Source: Prosthecobacter sp. (GTDB lineage: Bacteria > Verrucomicrobiota > Verrucomicrobiia > Verrucomicrobiales > Verrucomicrobiaceae). Taken from it: DNA of 64,000 nucleotides. The stretch lies in assembly GCA_044370285.1 (NCBI GenBank), contig JBILVU010000002.1, positions 22,785 to 86,784 on the forward strand, in the 5' to 3' direction. A program made the position numbers and the translations under genes. This document shows, in pieces, positions 36,201-42,986 of this stretch; within the stretch, counting starts at the first letter, position 1, and each line of letters begins with the position of its first letter. Below the pieces are notes generated by a model. That model saw nothing but the letters and a program-made list of their open reading frames with translations. It was not told the DNA's origin and did not search any database.

Positions 36201-37394
36201 GCGCTTTCCAGCAGCAAAGCCGGAGCCAAGACCATCGTCACCGCCTTGCTCGACAAAACGCTCCCACAGGCCGACCTCGACGGCCCCACCGTCGAGCGAC
36301 TCGCCACCGTGCTCGGCGATGACCCCGCCATCACAAAGCTCCAGCAGCAGCTCGGCGGCATCTTCCGCGAGGTCTTGCTGCTCGACGGCCAGGACACCGC
36401 GTGGGTCGATTCCAAGATCACGCTTGATGGCCCCTTCACCGTCGAGGCCTGGGTGCGGCTCGCGCCCGGCATCGGCAATGAAGACAGCCTCCTCGGTATG
36501 AAGGGCGGCGTGGACATGAATTTCTTCGGCGGCAAATTCCGCGTCTATGCCGGCTCCGAGCTGCACGACGTCTGCGTGGCCACCAAACCCATGACACCCG
36601 ATCTCTGGACCCACCTCGCCGTCACCCGCGATGCCCAAGGCCTCATCCGCATCTACCAAAACGGCGAACTCGACGCCACCGGCAGCAAGCCCGCACCCGC
36701 GAAGTGGGAAAACTGCCAGATCGCCTGGAGCGGCCCCAAAAAAGGCACCGAGGGCGCGATGATGGAGTTTCGGGTTTGGAAGGTGGCGCGGAGCGCTGCG
36801 GAGATTCGGAACGGCTTTGATAGGTCATATAGGCCGGATAAGACCTATACGACCTATCTCAAAGCCGGTGAAAAACTCGGCAAAGGCGCCCGCCTTGCCA
36901 AAACCATCGACACCCCGCCGCTGCTCACGGAAGAAGCCGCGAAGGCCCTCGACACCAAATTCGCCAAATTCACCGCCCTGGCCCCCAAAGGCGATCCCCA
37001 GGCCGGAAAAGCCCTCAGCGCCCTTTGCATGGCCTGCCATCAGATCGGCAGCGCGGGCGGTCAAATCGGCCCCAACATCTCCGGTGCCGGCGCCATGGGC
37101 CTGGAGGCCGTCTTGCGCAACATCCTCACGCCGAACGCCGCCATGGAGCCCGGCTACCGCATCTACCGCGTCGAAATGAAAAACGGCGACCTCATCGACG
37201 CCTTCTTCGTCAGCGAAGACAAAGATGCCGTCGTCATCCGCCAAGCCGGCCTCCCCGACCGCCGCGTCCCCAAAGCCGACATCCGCAGCACCAAATTCAT
37301 CCGCCGCTCCCTCATGCCCGAAGGCCTGCTCGATGCCTTGCAGGACCAGCAAGTCGCCGATCTGCTCGCGTATCTGATGACGCTGAAAGGCTAA
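33219..37394 (+). CDS. secreted multidomain PVC-type haem-binding protein (DUF1080 + dehydrogenase-like propeller + HEAT repeats + LamG + cytochrome c)
   Basis: 1391 aa. Signal peptide, then DUF1080-like module (GKTLDGWDF...WRVEDGVITGG...GIQIRS...NEYRIRAEGTRIQTWINGV). Central domain with CIYIVDWYNKIISHNEVPR, a long helical repeat region, a LamG-like block (WVRLAPGIGNEDSLLG...HLAVTRD), and a C-terminal CMACHQIG haem site. Confidence 0.85.
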   Translation: MRLALLSLLFVPFVLHAEPVSLFDGKTLDGWDFDPAMWRVEDGVITGGSTTKKIKKNDFISTKKSYQNFELKLKIKVSGDPKTGMLNSGIQIRSVREGSAMSGYQVDCGAGWFGKIYDEHRRNKIIWAPTPEQQAALDKAIDVFGWNEYRIRAEGTRIQTWINGVHCMDYTETDPNIALDGHIAPQVHSGGVCLVQVKEVTIEELPATPGAPTWQSIGGVEGMKAKLPPKPQADAAKPKRDISYNDVQGTSKTAEEQQKLFHLPEGYEIELVVQESEGLGKFVSVYFDQRGRLWTQTALEYPVDSNENPAAAEAVYAGKGKDKVLVYPRESLNAKIPAGGLTNPTVFADGLAIPLGILPWGAGDTCYVQHGHDLKLYKDMNGDGKADTFDVVLTGFGVQDSHLFPHQFTRAPGGWIWMAQGLFNNSKVHKPGSDVVVDWPKCSMARMRPDGSEFEVISTGPNNIWGLVITGEGETFIQEANDYGYPVMPFHEYAYYPGGMEALKKSYQPDFPPQAEFRMGGTGLSGLALIESGSLRDKQAAHTMAVANPITSKIQTIAMHRDGAYWKLAQLPDLITCDDPFFRPVALTNGPDGCIYIVDWYNKIISHNEVPRAHPDRDKTRGRIWRVKPKAAKTEVADFTKLGTEELIASIGKEPVGKAHLAWQELLDRKQLPLTHFAAQEYLASSQFGQISQIGRSLSDQNISVLLAFAKPSLTNGPTIASSRGNKQIPVREAYDREFERFLVRMFLERHPELVAKFLDSEAAAKLPVEARVLASLALEPKASASRVAKLLPQLDRAPNDEELLRLAQFPAEAGVGEALQALLTNEKSRAAVAEKLLAQRTKLDAKQIAPLLTETAKGMLSGSAIELKPKANPSVEAHSLALKLISGFQLTSLEDQIVTGMQSSIAVSSGDLRIPFGGELTSDPARIVEVLHALRDIHSSAADIFASLSTMGAPQVRDAALEALAASRAPNAGTKLLALYPSLQPAQRRSALNALSSSKAGAKTIVTALLDKTLPQADLDGPTVERLATVLGDDPAITKLQQQLGGIFREVLLLDGQDTAWVDSKITLDGPFTVEAWVRLAPGIGNEDSLLGMKGGVDMNFFGGKFRVYAGSELHDVCVATKPMTPDLWTHLAVTRDAQGLIRIYQNGELDATGSKPAPAKWENCQIAWSGPKKGTEGAMMEFRVWKVARSAAEIRNGFDRSYRPDKTYTTYLKAGEKLGKGARLAKTIDTPPLLTEEAAKALDTKFAKFTALAPKGDPQAGKALSALCMACHQIGSAGGQIGPNISGAGAMGLEAVLRNILTPNAAMEPGYRIYRVEMKNGDLIDAFFVSEDKDAVVIRQAGLPDRRVPKADIRSTKFIRRSLMPEGLLDALQDQQVADLLAYLMTLKG
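36819..36863. repeat. 9-bp-period tandem repeat (GATAGGTCA-like, 5 copies) embedded in frame in a CDS
   Basis: gataggtca tataggccg gataagacc tatacgacc tatctcaaa, encoding DRS YRP DKT YTT YLK. Same kATMnGnCC periodicity as the intergenic repeat at 5053-5088. Confidence 0.6.
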
Positions 37395-37420
37395 CAAACC
37401 TCGCGACAGCGTCCTGGAGT

Positions 37421-37441
37421 GCGCTGGTCCTCCAGCGCTTT
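37421..37441 (+). terminator. possible terminator hairpin downstream of the 1391-aa gene
   Basis: GCGCTGG-tcct-CCAGCGC followed by TTT, 27 nt after the stop. The T-tract is short. Confidence 0.4.
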
Positions 37442-37518
37442 CAAGGCACGTGAGACGCACGAAAAGCTCCAGAGCACCTGAACTCAAGACGGCTTGATTG
37501 TGGGACGGGGAGTCATTT

Positions 37519-37586
37519 CCAGCAGATTCGGGGAGGCCAGCAGATTACCTCAGAAACCAATCTGCTGGCCTCCCTGAATCTGCTGG
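37519..37586. repeat. 28-nt imperfect inverted repeat (palindromic intergenic element)
   Basis: CCAGCAGATTCGGGGAGGCCAGCAGATT (37519-37546) / AATCTGCTGGCCTCCCTGAATCTGCTGG (37559-37586). 27 of 28 positions complementary, 12-nt loop. Confidence 0.8.
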
Positions 37587-37692
37587 AGAATAAGGAACTT
37601 TTTCGGGAGGTCTGGAGCACTACAAAACGCTGTCGCGCCAATTGGATGCCTATTTGACTGCGATGCTATGAGCCGATAAGCCTCCACGAATC

Positions 37693-38901
37693 ATGTCTTC
37701 CACTATCCCCGAAACCGCCTCCAAGTCCGCTGTGCCAGCCGACTTGGAGATTAAAGATGCCCAGCTCATCTTCAACCACGTGTGGAAGCAGCTCGAAGCG
37801 GATTACGGCCGTGTTAATCTGCGCTTTCCGAAGGAGCTCATCCTGCTCGGTGGGGCACCGGGAGCAGGTAAAGGCACGAACACAGACTTCATCCGCCAGG
37901 TGCGCGGCATTGATGCGCAGCCCATCGTCGTCAGCGCCCTGCTCGACACGCCGGAGGCCCGCGAAATCAAAGCACGCGGCGGCATGGTGGGCGATCGCGA
38001 GGTCGTGGGCATCCTCATCCGCAAGCTGCTCGAACCCGAGCAGCAGAATGGGGCCATCCTTGATGGCTTCCCGCGCACGAAGGTGCAGGTGGAGTGCCTC
38101 AAGATGCTCTTCGACAAGATGGTGCGCCTGCGCCGCGACTTCCTCGACACACCGGACGCAGCGCACTTCAAGCAGCCCATCTTCCACATCATGGTGCTCT
38201 TTGTCGATGAGGCCGAAAGCATCGCCCGCCAGCTCAAGCGCGGTCAGGAAGTGCTCGTTCACAACGCGGAGGTGCGAAGCTCCGGCCTCGGTGAGCTTTG
38301 GGAAGAACGTGCCACCGACTTCGATGCCTCGCTGGCGAGGAATCGCTACAAAGTCTTCAAAGAGAAGACCTACGATGCGCTCGTCTCGCTGAAGGAGATC
38401 TTCCATTACCACTTCATCAATGCTCAGGCTCCGTTGGAACTGGTGCAGGAAAACATCGTCAAAGAGCTGGAGTATCAAAGCTCCCTAGAACTCGACCCGC
38501 GCACCTTCGACCTCCTCCGCAAGCTCCCGCTCGCCAGCGAGATCATCCGCCATGCACGGCAGGACCTCGTGCGCCGCCTCGATGCCTACAAGGTCGAAAA
38601 GCCCCAGATCATGGAGTCCGTTGTCGAGTTCATCGAGGGCAAGATGATGCCCATCATCGTCCGCCACGCCATCTCCGGCCGTGCCGACATCAACACCGAG
38701 GACAAGCTCTTCCACGACCCCGAAGCCCTCGCCATCCTCATCGACATCTTCTCCGAGCGCGGCTTCCACGCGAAGACCGATGTGCACGTCATCGAAATCC
38801 CCGACAGCTTCGACCTTCAAACCGGCAAGATCGAATGCCGAAAGAAAAAAGTCTTCCGCATCGGCATTCAGTTCAAGGGTTCGGAGATCCGACGCGGCTG
38901 A
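37693..38901 (+). CDS. adenylate-kinase-family P-loop protein with an approximately 170-aa C-terminal extension
   Basis: 402 aa. LILLGGAPGAGKGT (P-loop as in Adk) and ILDGFPRTKVQVECL (Adk LDGFPRT motif). No family recognised for the C-terminal third. Confidence 0.6.
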   Translation: MSSTIPETASKSAVPADLEIKDAQLIFNHVWKQLEADYGRVNLRFPKELILLGGAPGAGKGTNTDFIRQVRGIDAQPIVVSALLDTPEAREIKARGGMVGDREVVGILIRKLLEPEQQNGAILDGFPRTKVQVECLKMLFDKMVRLRRDFLDTPDAAHFKQPIFHIMVLFVDEAESIARQLKRGQEVLVHNAEVRSSGLGELWEERATDFDASLARNRYKVFKEKTYDALVSLKEIFHYHFINAQAPLELVQENIVKELEYQSSLELDPRTFDLLRKLPLASEIIRHARQDLVRRLDAYKVEKPQIMESVVEFIEGKMMPIIVRHAISGRADINTEDKLFHDPEALAILIDIFSERGFHAKTDVHVIEIPDSFDLQTGKIECRKKKVFRIGIQFKGSEIRRG

Positions 38902-38982
38902 TGAGCAAGGAGAGGCTTGTCATTTGCCTCAGACCAAGCCGGGACTTGGCAAGTCCCGCTCCTTGAACGAGCACATCACCTG

Positions 38983-40659
38983 ATGCCTCCCTCCCGTCTC
39001 GATTTCCAACTGCAAGCCCGCGCCAGCGGCTCGCGGGCTCGTGCGGCGACGTTTCGGACGTTGCATGGCGTCATTCAAACGCCGCTGTTCATGCCGGTGG
39101 GCACGCAGGCGACGGTGAAGGCGCAGACGCCGGAGACGCTGGCGGCTTCGGGATCGCAGATTTTGCTCGCCAACACCTACCACCTGCTGCTTCGGCCAGG
39201 GCCGGAGGTGTTCGAGCAGATGGGCGGCATTCATCGCTTTATGAAATGGCCTGGGTCGGTGCTCACGGACTCGGGTGGCTACCAGATCTTTTCGTTGCCG
39301 CATTCGCGGTCGATGACGGAGAAGGGCGCGGTGTTTCAAAGCTATGTCGATAACCGGCGCATCCTCCTCAGCCCGGAGCTGAGCATCCAGACGCAGCGCA
39401 GCATCGGCAGTGACATCATGATGGTGCTCGACCAGTGCATCCCGAGCACCGCCGATGAAAAAACGGCGCGGAAGGCCCTGCAGGTCACGCAACGCTGGGC
39501 GGCACGCAGTCTCGCGGCCCGCGAGGACTCGCCTCAATCGCTTTTCGCCATCGTGCAGGGTGCGTTGTATCCGCATTTGAGGCAGGAAAGCGCCGCCGGA
39601 CTCGTGACGATGCCTTTCGATGGCTTCGCCATCGGCGGACTGGCCGTGGGAGAGGAAAAACATCAGCGCGAGGATGTGTGCGAGCTCACCGCCGCGATGC
39701 TGCCGGAGGATCGTCCGCGTTATTTGATGGGCGTGGGCATGCCGATTGATCTGCTGGAAGCCGTGCATCGCGGGATGGACATGTTTGACTGCATCATCCC
39801 CACGCAGGTGGCGAAACGCGGCACCGCTTTTACCTCGCGCGGCATCGTCGAGCTGCGGCGCAGCGTATATAAATTCGCTGATGCACCGCTGGATGCCGCC
39901 TGCACCTGTCCGGTGTGCGCCACGCACTCGCGGGCCTACCTGCATCATCTCACGAAGACGCAGGAGACGCTTGGCTGGACGCTCATCGGCCAGCACAACA
40001 TCCACTTCTACCACCAGCTCATGCGTGAGATCCGTGCGAGCATTCTCGAAGATCGCTTCCTGCCGCTTTACCACGAGAAGCGGGCCATCCTCGCCGAGGA
40101 GGATCTCGATCATCCGGTGAAGCCGCCAAAACGCGGTCAAAACTCCACGGTGAGTGAAATCGGCCAGTTTGAGCTTCACAGCTCGTCGATCCGTCATCTC
40201 GAAACAGGTGCGGTGGTGCCGACGGAGATCCGCGAGGAGCTTCCAGAGCTTGTGAAGCTGCTGAAGGCCAAACACGAGACGCCGGTCATCGTCTTGGATG
40301 AAGGCCTTGGAGCCGGGGCGGCGGCTTTGTCGTCCATTTTGATCTATGAAGGCCTCGCTCAAAAACAAGCGGTGAGGCCGATGCACATCGTGAGCGTAGC
40401 GAAGGATCTGGATGCCTTGCGCCTCGCATTGACCCACAAGAAAATCTTCTCTTGGCTGCGTCATGGGGCGGCGGACACGCTGTTGCATCGCGGAGCTTGG
40501 AAATCACGTTTTTGCCCCGGCTTGAGCTGGAGCCTCGCGAAGGATGAGGAAGTGCCAAAGCCGGATCTGGTGCTGCGAACGTTCAAGGTAGTCCATGCGC
40601 ATCATGAAGCGGAAGTGGTCGATTGGTCGGAATGTCTGGCTGAGTCCGTTTCGCTCTGA
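38983..40659 (+). CDS. tgt: tRNA-guanine transglycosylase (queuine tRNA-ribosyltransferase) fused to an approximately 185-aa C-terminal domain
   Basis: Start set at MPPSRLDF (38983). TPLFMPVGTQATVK, LANTYHLLLRPG, LTDSGGYQ, RYLMGVGMP, and the Zn site CTCPVCATHSRAYLHHL. The Tgt fold ends near codon 395 of the ORF, and the remainder (40102-40659) is extra. Confidence 0.9.
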   Translation: MPPSRLDFQLQARASGSRARAATFRTLHGVIQTPLFMPVGTQATVKAQTPETLAASGSQILLANTYHLLLRPGPEVFEQMGGIHRFMKWPGSVLTDSGGYQIFSLPHSRSMTEKGAVFQSYVDNRRILLSPELSIQTQRSIGSDIMMVLDQCIPSTADEKTARKALQVTQRWAARSLAAREDSPQSLFAIVQGALYPHLRQESAAGLVTMPFDGFAIGGLAVGEEKHQREDVCELTAAMLPEDRPRYLMGVGMPIDLLEAVHRGMDMFDCIIPTQVAKRGTAFTSRGIVELRRSVYKFADAPLDAACTCPVCATHSRAYLHHLTKTQETLGWTLIGQHNIHFYHQLMREIRASILEDRFLPLYHEKRAILAEEDLDHPVKPPKRGQNSTVSEIGQFELHSSSIRHLETGAVVPTEIREELPELVKLLKAKHETPVIVLDEGLGAGAAALSSILIYEGLAQKQAVRPMHIVSVAKDLDALRLALTHKKIFSWLRHGAADTLLHRGAWKSRFCPGLSWSLAKDEEVPKPDLVLRTFKVVHAHHEAEVVDWSECLAESVSL

Positions 40660-40662
40660 AAT

Positions 40663-40844
40663 TTGGACTGCGGCAGCCTGCTGCCGCTTTCAGAAGGCCA
40701 GCCTGCTGGCCGTCGAATGATGCCAAGGCCATCCAATGCATGGAGCACCCTCACTCACGCCAGTTGTGGGCCAGCTTGTGTCTCAAAACCAACGGCGGCA
40801 GCAGGGCTGCCTCGAAAGAGCGGCAGCAGGCTGCCGCAGTCCAA
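40663..40844. repeat. composite palindromic repeat element between convergent genes
   Basis: TTGGACTGCGGCAGCCTGCTGCCGCTTTC (40663-40691) is the inverted complement of 40814-40844 apart from a 2-nt indel. Each arm is itself palindromic (GCGGCAGC-CT-GCTGCCGC). Two more related palindromes lie inside (GGCCAGC-CT-GCTGGCC at about 40697-40712; GGCAGC-AGG-GCTGCC at about 40797-40811). Confidence 0.8.
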
Positions 40845-40861
40845 GGAACAATCCCCATGCT

Positions 40862-41686
40862 TCATCCACGACATGCCACACGCTGCTCATGCGTGTAAAC
40901 ATTCATCGTCTCACCGCGGAGGAAGCCGATGAGGGTCTGGCCGGCATCGTGGGCGAAGTCGATGGCGAGGCTGCTGGGGGCGGAGATGGCGGCGACGAGG
41001 GGGATGCCGGCAGCGAGGGCTTTTTGAATCATCTCGAAGGAGACGCGGCCGCTGAGGAGCAGGATGTGGTGATCGAGCGGCAGGAGGTCGTGCATGAGCG
41101 CATGACCGAGGATCTTGTCGAGGGCGTTGTGACGGCCCACATCTTCGCGGGAGACGATGAGGTTGCCTTCGAGGTCAAAAACGGCGCAGGCGTGCAGGCC
41201 GCCAGTTTTGGAAAAGGTCTCCTGGGTGGCGCGGAGCTTGTCGGGTAGTGAAGCGATCAATTGAGGAGACACAGCCCATTCTGCGGTGACGGGCGGAAAC
41301 TGACCGAAGACGCTTTCGATGCTCGTTTTACCGCACAGGCCGCAGCTTGAGGCGCTGAAGACATGCCGCGTGAGCGAGTCCCAGTTCACCACGGCTCCAC
41401 CGAGGAGCACATCGACGACGTTGCCATGCTTGTTATTGACGCTGGGGCATTGGGAGACTTCGAGAATGTCACGCGGATGCTTCACCACGCCTTCGCTGAC
41501 GAGAAAACCAGCGGAGAGCTCCTCATCGTGACCAGGCGTGCGCATGACGACGGCCACGCTGCGGCCCTCGACGCGGATTTCGAGCGGCTCCTCACGTGCG
41601 GCCACATCCGCCACCTCGCGTGAAGCTCCAGCGGCATCCACTTTGAGCACACGCACCTCGGTGATCGTTGGATGGGCGGTTTCCAT
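40862..41686 (-). CDS. fdhD: formate dehydrogenase accessory sulfurtransferase FdhD
   Basis: 274 aa. SSCGLCGKTSIE active-site loop and GRHNALDK. Confidence 0.9.
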   Translation of the reverse strand: METAHPTITEVRVLKVDAAGASREVADVAAREEPLEIRVEGRSVAVVMRTPGHDEELSAGFLVSEGVVKHPRDILEVSQCPSVNNKHGNVVDVLLGGAVVNWDSLTRHVFSASSCGLCGKTSIESVFGQFPPVTAEWAVSPQLIASLPDKLRATQETFSKTGGLHACAVFDLEGNLIVSREDVGRHNALDKILGHALMHDLLPLDHHILLLSGRVSFEMIQKALAAGIPLVAAISAPSSLAIDFAHDAGQTLIGFLRGETMNVYTHEQRVACRG

Positions 41687-42909
41687 CAGGTGGACTCCAT
41701 GAAATCAGCCGGAAGGATGCCCACGGGCACATGACGCGGCTCGGCGATGAGGCGCACGAGCTTGTCGAAGATCTCGCGGCCCTTCACGATCTCGATCTGC
41801 ACGCGCATGAAGTAGAAGGGCACATCGGCAGGCGGCAGTTTGGGAAAGCGCACGAAGTCCTTCTCGGTCGTGACCATGCAATGCACATCGCGGCGCTGGC
41901 AGCGCTCGATGAACTGCGTGATCTCCGGCCCATGAAAGCGGTGATGATCCGGAAACCGCGCCGTGACCTCCACGCGAGCACCGAGACGGCGCAGACCGTT
42001 TTCAAAGCTCTCCGGCACGGCGATGCCGCTCAATGCGCCAACGAATTTTCCGCTCATCTCGTCCAGCCCGAGCTTCGCACCGGTATAAATGTCCTCGAAG
42101 TGCATGGGGCGGTGGCGGCACTCGATGATCTCGGCGGCCTTGTTGTAGCGGCGGATCTGCTTCACGAGATCCTCGCTATCGCCATCGCTCTTGGTGATGA
42201 AGATGTAGCTGGCACGGCGCAGGCTGCGCGGCGGCTCACGCAGCGTGCCGCGTGGGAGCATGTGGCCATTGCTGCCGAAGGGCGCGGTCTTGTCGATGAG
42301 CACAATGTCGTGCCGGTGCTTCAGCTTGAGATACTGTAAACCGTCATCGAGCACTAAAACGTCCGCGCCGAGATGCTTGATGGCATGTGCGCCAGCCTTC
42401 ACGCGGTTCTTATCCACCACGACGGGCACGCCGGGGCAATTTCGAGCGAGCATGTAGGGCTCATCACCGGCCACATGCGAATCGAGCAGCACCTTCTCCC
42501 CATCGCTCACGATGCGCGGCGGGGCTTCCGGCGGCTTTTCCACGAAGCCGAGCTTCGCGCCGATCCGCTTGAGCATCGGCGCTTTCTTCTGGCGCTTGCT
42601 TTTGTAGCCACGGCTCAGGATGCACACGCGGCGACCGCGTTCCTGAAGGGCTTTGGCCAGCATTTCGACGACGGGCGTCTTGCCGGTGCCGCCGACGGTT
42701 AAATTGCCCACGCTGACGACGGGCACGCCGAGATGATGGTCGTGGATGAAGCGCTCGCGGTAGAGCTTCAATCGCAGCGAAACGACACTCGAATAGACGA
42801 CCGCCAGCCCACGGAAGGCGACTCGCAGCAACGAAGCACGAATGCCGCGGCGGTTATGAACCACCACTTCCGTCACAAAGTTTTCGAGGTCTTCCAGAGC
42901 TTCCTTCAC
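41686..42909 (-). CDS. lpxK: tetraacyldisaccharide 4'-kinase
   Basis: 407 aa. VVSVGNLTVGGTGKTPVVEMLA P-loop, ILSRGYK. Its stop overlaps the fdhD start by 1 nt. Confidence 0.9.
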   Translation of the reverse strand: MKEALEDLENFVTEVVVHNRRGIRASLLRVAFRGLAVVYSSVVSLRLKLYRERFIHDHHLGVPVVSVGNLTVGGTGKTPVVEMLAKALQERGRRVCILSRGYKSKRQKKAPMLKRIGAKLGFVEKPPEAPPRIVSDGEKVLLDSHVAGDEPYMLARNCPGVPVVVDKNRVKAGAHAIKHLGADVLVLDDGLQYLKLKHRHDIVLIDKTAPFGSNGHMLPRGTLREPPRSLRRASYIFITKSDGDSEDLVKQIRRYNKAAEIIECRHRPMHFEDIYTGAKLGLDEMSGKFVGALSGIAVPESFENGLRRLGARVEVTARFPDHHRFHGPEITQFIERCQRRDVHCMVTTEKDFVRFPKLPPADVPFYFMRVQIEIVKGREIFDKLVRLIAEPRHVPVGILPADFMEST

Positions 42910-42962
42910 AAGGTGGCACTGGAGCGCAGGACGGGGATGCGCTCAAGCACCGATGCGAAAGG

Positions 42963-42979
42963 CCGCCTCGGAGAGGCGG
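42963..42979 (-). terminator. possible weak terminator/attenuator hairpin after the J-like gene
   Basis: CCGCCTC-gga-GAGGCGG (7-bp GC stem). On the minus strand it is followed by CCTTTCGC. Sits 8 nt after the stop at 42987. Confidence 0.35.
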
Positions 42980-42986
42980 AGTACGT

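Noticed and set aside
38929-40488. 519-aa minus-strand ORF opposite tgt
   Set aside because: Antisense shadow, about 20 percent Arg by eye. The plus strand has the complete set of Tgt motifs.
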